A stretch of DNA of 64,000 nucleotides from Octopus vulgaris (GCA_951406725.2 OX597820.1:82274001-82338000), one strand, 5' to 3'. Numbered from the stretch's first letter, positions 1-13,010 are shown. The notes: generated by a model from the letters alone, not told the origin. Program-made: numbers and translations.

Positions 1-465
1 GCTGCTTTTTACATGCCACCCGCACAGGTGCCAGACAGAGCTGGCAAACGGCCACGAACGGATGGTGTGCTTTTACGTGCCACCGGCACGGGGGCCAGGC
101 GAGGCTGGCAACGGACACGAACGGATGGTGCTTTTACGTGTCACCAGCACGGGGGCCAGGCGAGGCTGGCAACGGATACGAACGGATGGTGCTTTTTACG
201 TGCCACTGGCACGAGGCCAGTCAGGGCGGCACTGGCAACGGTCACGAATGGATGGTTCTCTTACGTGCCACCGGCACTGGTAACTCAGCTGCAATTTCCA
301 TTGATCGATTTCGATTCTGATCCTCACTTGCCTCAACAGGTCTTCACAAGTAGAGTTTTGTGTCCCAAGAAGGGAAGGTATGCATATGTAGGCTGGTTCC
401 ATCCCATGTAGAAGGCCACGGGTTATGGTCTCACTTGTCCTGCCGGGTCTTCTCGCGCACAGCAT
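1..465 (-). mobile_element. RTE-clade LINE 3' UTR fragment with ~61-65 bp tandem repeats (continues upstream of window)
   Basis: Reverse complement matches the 3' UTR after the RT stop in + copies (6380-6605, 43290-43650). Five imperfect repeat units at ~1-290. Confidence 0.85.
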
Positions 466-958
466 AGGTTTCATAAACTGAAATTTAAAAGTAGGACACA
501 ATGAAGGCCAAATCATCACTGTTGCTTTTTTACCTCTGCTATATCCTTTGTTTCTTTGATCTAGATAGTTGCATTTCACCTCTACCTGTCTCCCTTCTCA
601 TCACACCTACTGTGCCTCTACACATACTATTATATCCAATCCTTTCATTGTAAAGCATCATCCCACCTCAATTTCATCAATTTACAGATGGTCATTGAAC
701 ATGATATGAATCAGTCTCACCATTATAGGGGCAACTGGGGTCTGTCATAAGCACTGTACCCATTGTTTTGATTTCATGGGGTGGAGGCTGTCATTAAGCT
801 TCTGTTTTTTTTTTTTCCTCCTGGGACAATCATAAACAAAACATTTACAGTTAGCTAACCTTAGCTACTATCTTCCATGCTGTTTACATGACTATATGTT
901 TCCTATAATAATACAAACTATGAATTATAACTAGTTTATATATTTACTTTTATTTCAG

Positions 959-1081
959 GTTCCTCGTGTATTTGTGAATGGTAACTGTATTGGTGGCTGT
1001 GATGATACAAAAGCTCTCTATCAATCAGGGAAACTTCAAGAGAAGATAAATGAGTGTTCTGAAACGAAAGAAACATCCTAA
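959..1081 (+). CDS. Glutaredoxin (GLRX/GLRX2-like), last coding exon
   Basis: Acceptor ttttatttcag|GTT. Translates VPRVFVNGNCIGGCDDTKALYQSGKLQEKINECSETKETS*, with the (T)VP cis-Pro motif and IGGC-D glutathione-binding motif. AATAAA at 1275-1280. Upstream exons are outside the window. Confidence 0.92.
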   Translation, partial: VPRVFVNGNCIGGCDDTKALYQSGKLQEKINECSETKETS

Positions 1082-1712
1082 TGTTATTATTCCCACTCCA
1101 TTTCATCATGCATTTGGATTTCTGCTGGTTAGCCAGTATTTCTATTGGAATGTTCTCCTTGTAGAACTACTGTAAAAAAAATTGTATTAGAATTTAAGAC
1201 TAATTTATCATGAAAATGAGAAAATTAAAAAATTTGGACATAAAAAGACACAATTTACATATGTTAAAAAAACTAATAAATTATTTATTTTTCGCATAAT
1301 TAAATAACATTAAAAAAAATCAAGTGGATATTAAAAGTGTTTTTTCATACAGTTGTTGTTCTTGTTTCATTCTGAGTAAGCCTTGTGCAAGCTCTATCAT
1401 CAAAACCATGAGTTGAATGGTTCAACAGAATTTGATAAACCTGAAAACTGCCTCAATCTCAAGTGTTTACTTCACCATTGGTTTCTAAAGCTGGATACCT
1501 TTCCTAATACCAACCACTGTTTAAAGTGTCAATGACAAATACGAGAGATGCTGAGAATGATAACAGATATGAGGGGATATTAAAGTTGAAGTATAGTAGT
1601 TATAACATGAAGCTCAGGGAAAAGTCAAAGCTAAATGGTAGCACAGAAAAGGGTAATCAGTGGAAAAGGACTATATATGTATATAAATACTCTCCCACAA
1701 GCATATATAAAA

Positions 1713-1985
1713 ATCATCCAGTCCACACTGTAAAGTGATTGGCATTTATTTGGAAGGGCATCTGGCTGTAAAAAAAAAACATGCCAAAACTGACCTCTCC
1801 TGTGATGGTGCTATGCAAAAAGCACTCAGTCCACTCTGCAGAGTGACTGGTGTTAAGAAAGGCATCCAGCTGTAAAAAGCCTGCCGAAACAGACACAGTA
1901 GCCGGAGTTAGTCTTCTGCTTAGCTGGCTCCTGTCAAAGTGTCCAACCCATTCCTGCATGGAAGACAGACATTAAATGATGATGA
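1713..1985 (+). mobile_element. Short RTE 3'-tail fragment or RTE-tailed SINE
   Basis: ggaagggcatccagctgtaaaaa...tccaacccat...gcatggaa...cattaaatgatgatgat, the same terminus as 43650-43809 and 52250-52440. Confidence 0.7.
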
Positions 1986-2436
1986 TATATATCATCATTT
2001 AGTTTCCATGCAGGCATGGGTCACAAGATTTGATACAATCCTGTGGGTTCAAAGACTTTGTGCTCCAATGTTCTCTATGGCCTAATTTCTATGCCTGTGT
2101 GCCCTTCCTAAAGCCAACCACTTTACTGTGAGCACTGGATACTTTTATGCCACCAACACTAGTGAAGTCGTCATGTAGCTTGTAAGGTTATGAACCCAGA
2201 ATACGGGGTGTCAGATTTATGCTTAGAGATAAGGGGTAGGAAGAAATGTGAATTTTATAGAAAATTTATAGGCTTGTATGTTACTTGACTTAAATGTCAT
2301 TATCATTACAGGAAAATATGCTAAGCTTGATATTATAATTAATATTAAGATTATTAAAACCAGTGAGCTGGCAGAGTCATCAAAACACCAGGCAGAATGC
2401 TTAGCAGCATTTGTTCTAGCTGAAACTGCAAAATGG

Positions 2437-3272
2437 AATCAAACTGCTCTCACATCAAAGATCCAAAATCACTCATAGCAAAAGCTCACCTCCCTAAGGA
2501 ATTAACAGCTAAAATCCTCCCATTCTATTGCTGATGTACAGACACTTGGCTAGTCCATCACATTAAGGGATGGATGGTCAAAGTAAAGCTAAATGGACTT
2601 GACCATCACATAGTGAACCAAAATGGGTAGCTAAAATTCAAGAGTAATCATGCTTCTGCTACAACTACCCTCTCACCAGAGAATCAATGAAAACCAGAGA
2701 AAATGTTGCCAAGAGAAAAAATATACAACACATGTTAACAAAAATGTACATGAAAAAAGAAAAGAATATGAGCAAACAGTGGCTAATAAAAATGAACAAT
2801 ACATCAAATGTGAAAATGTAGCCAAAAGTTCATATTGATGGCTGAAAATGTTAATAACAGTTCAAGATAAAGTCTTTAGAAAATTGCTGTTATTTCTAGT
2901 AACAGCAAAAATCAAAGAAGCACATAAAAAAGCAATGACTGTAAATTGTGTGTAGCAGACAGTCAAAGGATTTTGAAATTTCAAAATGTATTCTATAGAA
3001 CAGTGTCAGTGTTTCAAAAGTGAAATCAAACTGCTCTCACATCAAAGATCCAAAACCACTCATAGCAAAAACTTACCTCTCTAAGGAGGCAAAATTCTCC
3101 TATTTTATAGCTAGATGTACAGACACTAGGCTAGTCCATCATGTTGAGTGATGGACAGCCCAAGTAAAGCTAAATGGATTTGACCATCATGTGGTGAACC
3201 AAAATGGGTAGCTAAAAGTAGAAAGCCACCATGTGGGTAGCTAAAGTTCAAGAACAATCATGCTCTGCTACA
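2437..3272. repeat. Local direct duplication (~230-250 bp; 2437-2663 and 3024-3272)
   Basis: Both copies start aatcaaactgctctcacatcaaagatccaaaa and end aatcatgct(t)ctgctaca, with scattered mismatches. Confidence 0.85.
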
Positions 3273-3721
3273 GCTTCTTTATGCAATGGGGGACTTCACA
3301 TGTGTAATTATCTAACCAGAATTTAATGGCCTTGGTCCTAAGTTGTGGAGCATGTTTGAATAGAGGCTCACAATATCACATGATACTATCAATGTCTTTT
3401 GTTGACTGTTTTCAGGTGGTTTAAAGCACATAAATCATTTCTTATGAACCTTCTGATGTACTTTAGAAATGGATTGAGCAGAATATCTAGAAAAAGTTAT
3501 TCAAATGGTTGGTTTTATATACTGGTCCAGCTATTATTAGTTTTAATTTCAGACAATTTGTTGAGAAAATATTGATGCATATGTTAGTGGCACCTTCACA
3601 TGACTCTGCATAGAATGCAAACTAAAACACAAGACTACAGACAAACTCCACTCTGTGAATATGTATATATATATATATACATACACACACACGTGTATAA
3701 ATCTCTTTTGTCTGTAATATT

Positions 3722-6605
3722 TGTCTAAAGGACGACCTGCTGAGAGCCACTGACCAGATCTGTGGCTGGTGCAAAGTCCCCTCTCGTCCTAAAATAACGT
3801 GGTGGTGGAACAATGTTGTAGACAGGGCCATTAGAGAAAAGAGATAGGCTTGGAAGGACTCGAAGAATGGGGGTAGCAGAGAATTGTATCAGACTGCCAA
3901 AAGAGAAGCTAGGAGACAGGTTTATTTAGCCAGAGGGGAAGCGGATAAGAAAAAATTTGCCAATGTTCTGCGCTGTGAGGACCAAAGACTTAAGGTATTT
4001 CATGTTGCAAGACAGTGTGTGAGAGAGAATCGTGATGTGGTAGGTGAGAAATGTGTTCGCATGGATGATGGTTCACTTGCACTAAATGAGGATGCAAAGA
4101 GAGAGGTTTGGAGATGCCACTATGAAAGATGACTGAATAAAGAAAATGAATGGGATAAAGAGAGTCTGCCGAATGTCGATCCAACAGAGGGACCAGCTAT
4201 CCGAGTTGACAGTTCCTTGGTAGTTAAGGCAATTAGAAGCATGAAGACAGGGAAAGCCCCAGGCCCATCAGGAATTACTGCAGAGATGCTCAAAATATCT
4301 GGTAGTGTCGGCTATAGCCTAGTCACCCGTGATACATGAAGGAGTCATACCCAATGACTGGTGTAGCAGCATAATAGTCAACTGCTACAAAGGTAAAGGT
4401 GACGCCCTAGATACAAATAATTACAGAGGTATCGAGCTGTTGGATCAGGTAATGAAGGTTATGGAGAGGGTCATAGCTCAACTAATTAGAGAGAGAGTTA
4501 GTTTGGATGAGATGCAGTTTGGGTTTGTGCCAGGGAAAAGCACCACTGATGCCATATTCCTGGTAAGACAGCTGCAGAGAAATATCTAGCCAAAGATAAG
4601 CCCCTGTACCTGGCTTTCGTTGACATGGAGAAAGCCTTCGACAGGGTCCCCTGATCCCTTATCTGGTGGTCAATGAGGAAACTGGGGATAGATGAATGGT
4701 TAGTGAGAGCTGTACGAGCAATGTACAGGGATGCTGCTAGTAAGGTGAGGGTTGACAACGAGTACAGTGAAGAATTCCGGGTAGAGGTAGGGGTCCACCA
4801 AGGTTCAGTCCTCAGCCCCTCCTATTTATCATAGTCCTCCAGGCAATAACGGAGGAATTCAAGACAGGTTGCCCTGGGAGCTCCTCTACGCTGATGACCT
4901 TGCTCTAATTGCCGAGTCACTATCAGAACTGGAGGAGAAGTTCCAGGTGTGGAAGCAAGGATTAGAATCGAAGGGCCTTAGTGTCAACCTAGCTAAAACC
5001 AAAGTCCTAATAAGTAGGAAGGTAGACAAGTCACAAACGCCTTCAGGTAGATGGCCCTGCACGATCTGTAGAAAAGGCGTAAGTATGTAGTGGATGTGTG
5101 TGTATGTAAACAAATACATAAACCATTTCATGATTAAAAGGAATTTAATTACAGGGTTATAAGTACACTACACACAAATATAAGCAAATGCTACGAGTTG
5201 CTTGTATAGAGCATATATTAAAAATGAATATGTTTGTGTGTGTGTGTGTGTGTGCGTGTTTCATTCGAAACAGTTGTCGATAGATACTGTCAGCATTTCT
5301 CTCTGTCTGTCGTCTGCCAAAACGCGGGGCGAGATAGATCTGTCTGCTGCCGTCTCCGCTGCGATTGTCCCTTCTCCCTTGTATTTATAATATTTGTGAC
5401 AGCTAGAAAAACAGACATATCGCAATAGACACAGTGCTTATTCAGGTCATCACTTGTCCAGTTGAACTTAGCCTGACATGGCTGAGGTCGCAGTTCAAAG
5501 GGAGATGATCAATCACTTTTTGACAGAACAAAGGGATTCTTACTTTTGCGCCTTTGATTGCATTGGTTTGGACGACCGATGATTCTTGGATTCGATTTCG
5601 AATCTAGGCTTAGAGAAGGAAGTGCTAATTCTTACAGGTAGAAACTCTATAAGATGCACCAAGTGCAAGCTATGGACACATAAGAGGTGCAGCAACATCA
5701 AGGGAAGGCTAACTGGGAAGATAGTTTTTGTATGTGGCAGATGCTCAGGTGCAATAAACACTGAAAATACGCAGAGACCAACTTCCGCCACATTCCAAGG
5801 AGAAAAACTAGAAATAGTTGATAGCTTCCGTTACCTAGGTGACCAAGTCAGTAGCGGGGGCGGGTGTGTTGAAAGTGTAACTGCTAGAGTAAGAATAGCC
5901 TGGGCAAAGTTCAGAGAGCTCTTACCTCTGCTGGTGACAAAAGGCCTCTCGCTCAGAGTAAAAGGCAGACTGTATGACGCATGTGTACGAACAGCTATGC
6001 TACATGGCAGTGAAACATGGGCCGTGACTGCTGAGGATATGCGTAAGCTCGCAAGAAATGAAGCCAGTATGCTCCGATGGATGTGTAATGTCAGTACTCA
6101 TACTCGGCAGAGTGTAAGTACCCTGAGAGAAAAGTTGGACCTAAGAAGCATCAGTTGTAGTGTGCAAGAGAGACGTTTGCGCTGGTATGGACACGGGATA
6201 AGAATGGATGAAGATAGTTGTGTGAAAAAGTGCTACACCCTACCGGTTGAGGGAACCTGTGGAAGAGGTAGACCCAGGAAAACCTGGGACGAGGTGGTGA
6301 AGCACGACCTTCGAACTTTAGGTCTCGCCGAGGAAATGACTAAAGACCAAGACCTTTGGAAGTATGCTGTGCGTGAGAAGAGCCGGCAGGACAAGTGAGG
6401 CCATAACCCGTGGCCTCAGTCCACTTATGCATACCTTTCCTTCTTGGGAGACAAAACTCTACTTGTGAAGACCTGTTGAGGCAAGTGAAAAACAAAATCA
6501 AAATCAAAATCGATCAACATCAATGGAAATCCGCAGCTGTGATACCAGTGCCGGTGACACATTAGAGAACCATCCGAACGTAGCCATTGCCAGCGCCGCC
6601 CCGAC
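3722..6605 (+). mobile_element. 5'-truncated, frameshifted RTE-clade LINE (RT with PHD-like insert), interrupted by a solo LTR
   Basis: KAPGPSG, NYRGIELL, QFGFVPGKSTTDAI, DMEKAFDRV, GVHQGSVLSP, LLYADDL, FRYLG, HGSETW, RRLRWYGH and GRGRPRKTW motifs. Stop at 6398, then a partial 3' UTR. Confidence 0.95.
5086..5636 (-). mobile_element. Solo LTR (Gypsy-type, 551 bp) nested in the RTE LINE
   Basis: TGTAG...TTACA termini. 4-bp TSD agta/ggta; the uninterrupted LINE reads ggcgtaggtagaaac at ~51036. A TATAAAT-like box on the minus strand near 5385 suggests orientation. Confidence 0.85.
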
Positions 6606-6879
6606 TACCTTCTCCCTTTCACTTTAAAACAAAATAAATAAAAAAATCTACGGAAATTAATGAACAAAACCAGCTGATCCAGATGACAGATTTGAAAGTC
6701 AAAGCGACAATTCTGAGAGGGAATAGCATTACAAAAATTTTTTGCGGTGCATTCAACATATCTCAGCTCCAAAGATTTGGCTGCTATTTCTAGCACGTAA
6801 CAGCTATTTGTGATAAAGGACCGAAATACCTATTACGTGGTAGCAGGGCGTACAAGAAATAGCAGCAAATCTTTCCTTT

Positions 6880-7037
6880 TCTTGGGAAAGGTACCGTTTA
6901 CTCGTGATTTCGATGTCACATTCGTTGAAAGCATGCGAAATAACCTGGAAAAGGTGGGGGAAAATCCTTGAAACAAAACTCCGTTACTGAGAAACTCAGA
7001 CTTTCCAGGTGGCCCAACGGGTCACGGGCATTCTAGT
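6880..7037 (+). mobile_element. Possible Helitron-like 3' end
   Basis: GC-rich short inverted segment cccaacgggtcacggg followed by cattCTAG|T. 5' end not identified. Confidence 0.35.
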
Positions 7038-7399
7038 ATTTAAATAAAAACATCATTAAAAATAACATTAATTATAAAATAGAACGACGTATACAAGTCA
7101 ACAGAAATTATGGTCCTGTTTTATTTGCTATCACTGATGTTCTGTTACTATAGTAAACAACATTCCGACTTCGTTTCAGAAATTCAAGTAATCCACAATA
7201 TTTTTATACATTCCCTAGTTCCTCCGAGAAAGAAAAGTTCGCAATTCTCCACTTATTGGTCAAACGATTAAAAGCAAGAAGAAGAAAAGCAGTAAAATAT
7301 ATGGCGTATTAAAACTAATTTAGTATTCGTTAAATTTACCAGAAATCATGTTAATTATTTCCTTAGATTTATTATTGAATTTTTTTTTAATGGCTATTT

Positions 7400-7480
7400 C
7401 GTCAAGTGCGGCTTCAGAACGGATAACTAGCTCTATCTCTAAATCACTTCCTCGCAACGAGTAAACAAACATGGCGCAAG
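7400..7480 (+). promoter_or_regulatory. Putative CEP20/FOPNL promoter and 5' UTR
   Basis: Locally CpG-rich. ETS-like cacttcc (~7445), FOX-like gtaaaca (7461) and YY1-like aacATGGCG overlapping the start codon. Motif matches only. Confidence 0.4.
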
Positions 7481-7498
7481 TGAAAGATTTAAAAAACG
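7471..7498 (+). CDS. CEP20: CEP20/FOPNL (LisH centrosomal protein) exon 1
   Basis: ATG GCG CAA GTG AAA GAT TTA AAA AAC G|gtaaat gives MAQVKDLKN(A), similar to the FOPNL N-terminus MATVAELKAV. Phase 1 fits exon 2. Confidence 0.85.
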
Positions 7499-8269
7499 GT
7501 AAATTCCCTCTTGAACACACTTTAGTTTGCAGAACAGTTTTTTCTGTAGTTTTTCTCACACCATAATATAACCTGTTACTCACAGTCTGAACAAACGGGT
7601 CTCTAACTGTGAACTTACTAGAAATAGCAGCCAATTCCTGCAAATCAATCAATACCAATTTTCACTTCACAGTCACGTGAACACTGTTGCTGTTTAACCA
7701 CAGGCCAGCCTTCAGTGAATAGAGTGGCTGTAATTCTGACTGTGACTATCCTATTTTAAGACAGCATATTGTGATTTGTGGGAAATTAGGACATTATTTC
7801 TAACAGGCTTAGCGACCGTGTTGAAGGTAGCTTGTACCAAACTATCGTAGCACCAGTAGCATTGAGAACTTTATTTTTTAAATTACTGTAAAGAGTAACA
7901 ATGTTTGTAATGATAATGAAAACATGCTTTCTCAGCTTTTTACTCAATTGTAGTTATATAAGTGTCATGGCGTTCTATATGCAATTACTTTTATAATATA
8001 GTGGCCCACACTACTTGCAGTTGGAAGTACAGAAACCCATACTATACACACCAATAGTAACATTGCATTTTTCCTTCTTAGAAAAGAAAAATTCTAGCAG
8101 TATCAAATAGTTTTGATACATATTTGCATCTCCTAAGTTCATGGGAAGTTGCTATTTCATGATTCTTCACACAGTGGTATATCTTAATAAAATGGTTCAA
8201 GTACTATTGAGATTCTTTTATTTTGTTCTACAAGAGATGTGAAGGTTTTCATGGACTTTGAAGCAAGGC

Positions 8270-10950
8270 ATCGAGTCAGTTATGAAACTATAGACTCTTG
8301 CTCATCTGGATACCTGATGTTTACATATGTTGGATTGTTGTTTAGGAGTTCTTAGTCTACAACATGAACTACGAGTGGTTTGTTTTGTTGCTTCTTGTGA
8401 ACTTCCTTAGTGCTGGTCTGGGAGTCATTATTTATTCCACTGTCACTATCCTCTTGTGAATTTCCATGGAAAGACCAGCATTGGAATGCAAAGACATGTT
8501 TATGAGTTGTATTTGTTGTTGTACGGAACAGTGATGTATGGAAATGTAGCACCTCAAAAGGCACCTGTTCTCTGTGTATCTTTGACATCACATTATTCAA
8601 AAGCAAAGCAGACTGTCTGCCATATGTTCAACCTCTCTACCTGTCCATTCATTGTAGAGGTGATATGAAGTAGTGGGAGAGATATTCCTTCACTTCCTTA
8701 GACACAAGCAAATCAGTGTATATAATATAATAGTATAATTTTGCATTAGCTGAGCAGGAAATCCAGACATCTGATCGTTGTTGGTGCATATATACTGGGA
8801 CATAAAAATGCAAAATAAAAACATGAATATTCATGAACTATTATGAGTAAATATGAATTACACAAAACAGTTGGCAAAATTTCCTTGAAAGCCATATTAA
8901 GCTGTTCCATAGGCTTTATTGCTTTGGTAAGAGTTCCTTCTTGTGGGTGATAGAACTGAGATTTTAGTTCAGTACAAACCATATGAGAACCACAAGCTTT
9001 TCTCACGTGTAAAAGCAGAAAGATTCCTAATAAAATGCAGTTGCCAAGTTACTCCTAGGTGACATAGACCATTGTGGATGTCAGCAAATATGGAAGAAAT
9101 ATAACTGAATTAATGAGTAATTGTGTCAAGCATCACATTCGTCTAACCAGGACAATACTTCATTCTGAAGTTAAATGGTACAAGTTCCTGACTCCATTCC
9201 TGAATCTTCATATGTCTTTTCTTTTTACTATTAAACATAAAAGATATGAAGGCACATTGCTCAGTGGTTAGAGTGTTGGACTCAGTATCATGAGTAGTGA
9301 GTTTCATTCCTGGACTGGGTTGTGTGTTGTGTTCTTGAGCAAGACACTTTATTTCACATTGCTCCAGTCGACTCAGTTATAGAAATGAGTTGTGATGTCA
9401 CTGGTGCCAAGCTGTATCAGCCTTTGCCTTTCTCTTGGATAACATTGGTGACATGGAGAGGGAAGGTTGGTATGCATGGATGACTGCTGGTCTTTCATAA
9501 ACAAACTTGCCCAGACTTGTGCCTCAGAGGGAAGCTATCTAGGTGCAATCCTGTGATCAGTCATGACTGAAGGGGGTCTTTATTAAACATAACAGCCACT
9601 AACCTCTGATCAGTCACCTGACTAAAGTGGCACCATGCTAGATGATTGTTCCATTTACTCCTTACTTCAGTATGTGGTAGTGTAATTCACTTCCTTGTAG
9701 CAATCTTGACTTGAATGCTACAGGTCATCCTCTTGGGATAAGGACAGCAGAAATAGCCACATAAGTTGCATCCTGTTCTACCTCAGTAAGTTTCCATCTA
9801 CTGAGTGTAGAATGGTTTCCTTTAACTCTCTTTAGCAAGTTAAAGGTTTTCAAATACTTCTCTTCTAATAGAAACTTCTTGTGTATACCAATGGTTGAAT
9901 TTTGTCAGTAAATACATGAATCCACTTGGCATAATATGCAAGCATTTTGAGTATTCTTTTTAAGGATTGTAAATTTTTTGGAGGAGGAAACTTTTGTAGT
10001 GGTTGAAGCTTCTTAGGATCTTGTTTAATGATATCATTAACCACACAGAGTATCCAAGACCATTTAATACAATCAATGGTTTTTGAAGTCATTAAATGTT
10101 AGGTGTCTGCTACTGATAATCTTCAGAAATTCCTCTACAGTTCGGTCATGCTTCTATTTCTGTATCTGTCCAGCAATAGTAACATTGTCAAGATAAGGAG
10201 TGTTGTTTTGCAACTTTTCCTCTTGCACTAGCCCATCCATCACACATTGCATGGCAGCTTCTCCATTTATAACGCCAAATGGAATCATAAAAAAACTGAG
10301 ACATGTATTGACCCCAAAAGTCATATACTCTCTGTCAGACCATCTTCATTAACTCTTAGTAGCAGGCACTTTTTAGGTTAAAGGCTGAGAACATTCTATA
10401 TTTTATGGGTTTATTCACCATCTTGTCTTTTATTAGTTCAGCATCCAATTTTGTATATTAATTGACTGTGAATAACCTGTGCACATATGTTTCTTGCATT
10501 GATAGGCAGGATCACTTAGTACTACTACCTTGGCTCACCATGCTGATATATTCATTTCAATTATACCTTCTGAGAGTAAATGGTGTATTTCCTCTGCAAT
10601 GAAGTCCTGATAATCTTTGCTGAAGCATCTTGATTTGACAGCAATTAGTTTACAACATGGAGATATGATTGGGAAAGGGATGTCTCTTATAATTTTGTCA
10701 AGGCCAATGCATAGAAATCAACATCATCTATGGATGGTCATTAAGACCAAGGATTGGATTCATAATAACATAGTCCTTGGAAGTAGTATTTAAGGTTTTC
10801 TGAGCCATAGTGATTCTTTACTAGATAGTAATTTTGGTTCTGTCACAGCTTTCTTATTAAGGTAACTATCAGTGCTGCAGAAATCCAAGCACTTAACCTT
10901 TTTCTGTTGTCACTGAAGCTGCAGTGTGAATGAGTTTTTTTGGCACACTT
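8270..10950 (-). mobile_element. Decayed Gypsy/Ty3 pol remnants (RT, connection/RNase H, integrase) in CEP20 intron 1
   Basis: Minus strand reads IPFGVING...PYLDNVTIAG (RT), DPKKLQPL...AYYAKWI (connection) and NPTYVNIRYPDEQES (integrase C-term). Many stops and frameshifts; boundaries approximate. Confidence 0.75.
9244..9580 (+). mobile_element. tRNA-derived SINE
   Basis: A-box-like gctcagtggttaga, conserved core gtgttcttgagcaagacactt, flanking direct repeat tattaaacataa (9229, 9581). Confidence 0.75.
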
Positions 10951-11111
10951 TTCACTAAGCAATAGAAAATGAACATAGAGTAGAATAAGAAACATTGTTT
11001 TGTATTTAGAATATCTTCCTTTCTTTGTTTACTATTCAGTAATAAGTACATAATATGCCAAGTTAGATTTGAAACTCTATCATTGCTTGTTATTTCTGTT
11101 GATTTTACTAG

Positions 11112-11309
11112 CTATTTCTGAAAGTTTGGAAAGAAAAGGTGTCCTGAACCAGGTGAAAGCTCAGATACGTGCTGAGATGTTCCATGTACTAGATGAACAT
11201 TCAGAAGGAAAACCTCCAATATGTAATGAAAACCTCATTATCAATGAATTGATCTTAGAATATCTCCAGTATAACAAATACAAACACACTTCTTCAGTTC
11301 TTATGGCAG
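11112..11309 (+). CDS. CEP20: CEP20/FOPNL exon 2 (TOF/LisH region)
   Basis: ttttactag|CT...GCAG|gtgaat. Encodes ISESLERKGVLNQVKAQIRAEMFHVLDE...ENLIINELILEYLQYNKYKHTSSVLMA, the FOP/FOPNL N-terminal LisH signature. Confidence 0.95.
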
Positions 11310-12479
11310 GTGAATGTGCATTCATTTCTATTTGTTTGTTTTTCATGATCATTATATTTGTGTGGAGGTTAACAAACCTCCTGCTCTTAAGGTGATAGGG
11401 CTAAGATATTTTCTGGTCCTTGGGTGGTAGGGCTTATATACTGCCTGATCCCTTCATGGAAAGGCTAGCATATCTGATCCTTTGGTCTTGTCTTGTCTTG
11501 AGACAGCATTTACCCGGGGTGGGTTGAGCTGGCTTCATTCATCCTCAATGCTGCATCTCTCACAAACGCCGACCAGGCTTGGTGATTTGAGGCTAACAAC
11601 CACATGATCCCCAACCACTCCCTATTGGAGGTCATGCAGTCGTTAGCCTCAAATCACTGTATTAGCTGTATCGTTGACTCATCATCTAGTCCTTGGGAGG
11701 TTGGGCTAACATGCCTCCTGGTCTTTGGAAGGTGGGGCTAACACAGTACCAAGTAGTATTTGGATAGTAGAGAACTTACAACATAATGGTACTTGGGTGG
11801 TAGAACTAACATACCAGCTGGTCCTTGAGTAGTCAGGTTAACACACCATCTGGACTTTAAGTTGTAAGAATGATGCACTACTTGGTCCCTTGGATAATGA
11901 AGCTAACACATCACCTGGGTTTAGGGTTGTAGGGCTAACATGCTTCCTGGTCTTTAAATGTTAGAAAATATTATGAACACATATCATTATCATCACATAC
12001 ATTTCTTCCATGATGGCATTAGTTAAACGGTGCTTTGACAATATTGTACTTTAGTCAGGGTCAATATGGCTATGACAACATTATTCACTCTTGTCAAAAG
12101 TTAATTAACTATAAAAATGTATTCAACTGCATCTATTGAGGGGTTTTTTTGTTTTATTTTTTGGAGAATGACCCTCCTAATATATATTTAATCCTCATCT
12201 TCATCCTTTTAACATTTGCTTTTCCATGCTTACATGGACAGAGTTTTTTATGGCCAGATGCTTTTCCTGTTGTTAATCCTCACTTGTTTCCAAGTAAGAT
12301 ACTATTTCCCTTAGTCCTTTGAACAACAAACAACATTATAGCTCAGCATATTTTCACTGTTATATATATGGTGTTATTGTTTTTATGCAGTACACAAACA
12401 TCAAGACAGAGAGAAGACACAAACTCACATGTATACATATCTCTTGTAATAAACTTTTTTTTTTGTGTGTGTGTACGTG

Positions 12480-12510
<31 letters not shown>

Positions 12511-12513
<3 letters not shown>

Positions 12514-12705
12514 TTGCCACGATAGATCGGTAGCCACTACATACATTTTTTTTCTCTCCTTGTTTTTTTCTGTGTCCCTTTCTGTAGAAGAGTGTAGGCT
12601 TGAAACGTAAAAGACTTTTTCAATTTCCTGAGTGTTATACTAATACATCTGTTTGTTTTATACACCACCTGTCTTCGTCTTTTGTTTTTTTCGTAAACTC
12701 TCCCT
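12511..12705 (+). mobile_element. Solo Penelope-like (Neptune-type) terminal fragment with hammerhead-like motif, between (TA)n tracts
   Basis: Homologous to the 3' end of the PLE at 34590-34805 and to 55514-55680. Confidence 0.8.
12578..12613 (+). ncRNA. Minimal type I hammerhead-like motif (variant core CUGUAGA)
   Basis: cttt CTGTAGA A GAGT gtag GCTT GAAAC GTA aaag: helix I cttt/aaag, helix II with two G-U pairs, palindromic ACGT helix III. Confidence 0.55.
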
Positions 12706-13010
12706 ATATATATATATATACACATACATATATCTAGTACAGAGAGGTAACAGGGTAACACCATAGTAGGATGGTGAGAAGGTGTGCTATGCTAAGAGAA
12801 GTAAAGCTAAGTTAGGAGGAATGAACTGGTAGAAGGAAGTAATACTTGAGAAGTTAGCAATTAGCCGATGGGGGAAACCAAAAGCTGAGAATGAAAGATG
12901 ACAGACTTGAACAATGAAGAGAAAAATGATGGAAAATGACAAAATGAAAAATTAAAAATGAAAAGATGATGAGAAGCAGAAGTAGTGTGAAAGGTTTTAA
13001 TATATTTATT

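Noticed and set aside
5586-6398. 270-aa ORF as a standalone or domesticated gene
   Set aside because: It is the RTE C-terminus with an in-frame TTG borrowed from the solo LTR. There is no ATG context and the upstream RT is frameshifted.
9244-9320. tRNA gene candidates at SINE heads (also 30288, 41259)
   Set aside because: Only degenerate A/B boxes followed by SINE cores; no complete cloverleaf.
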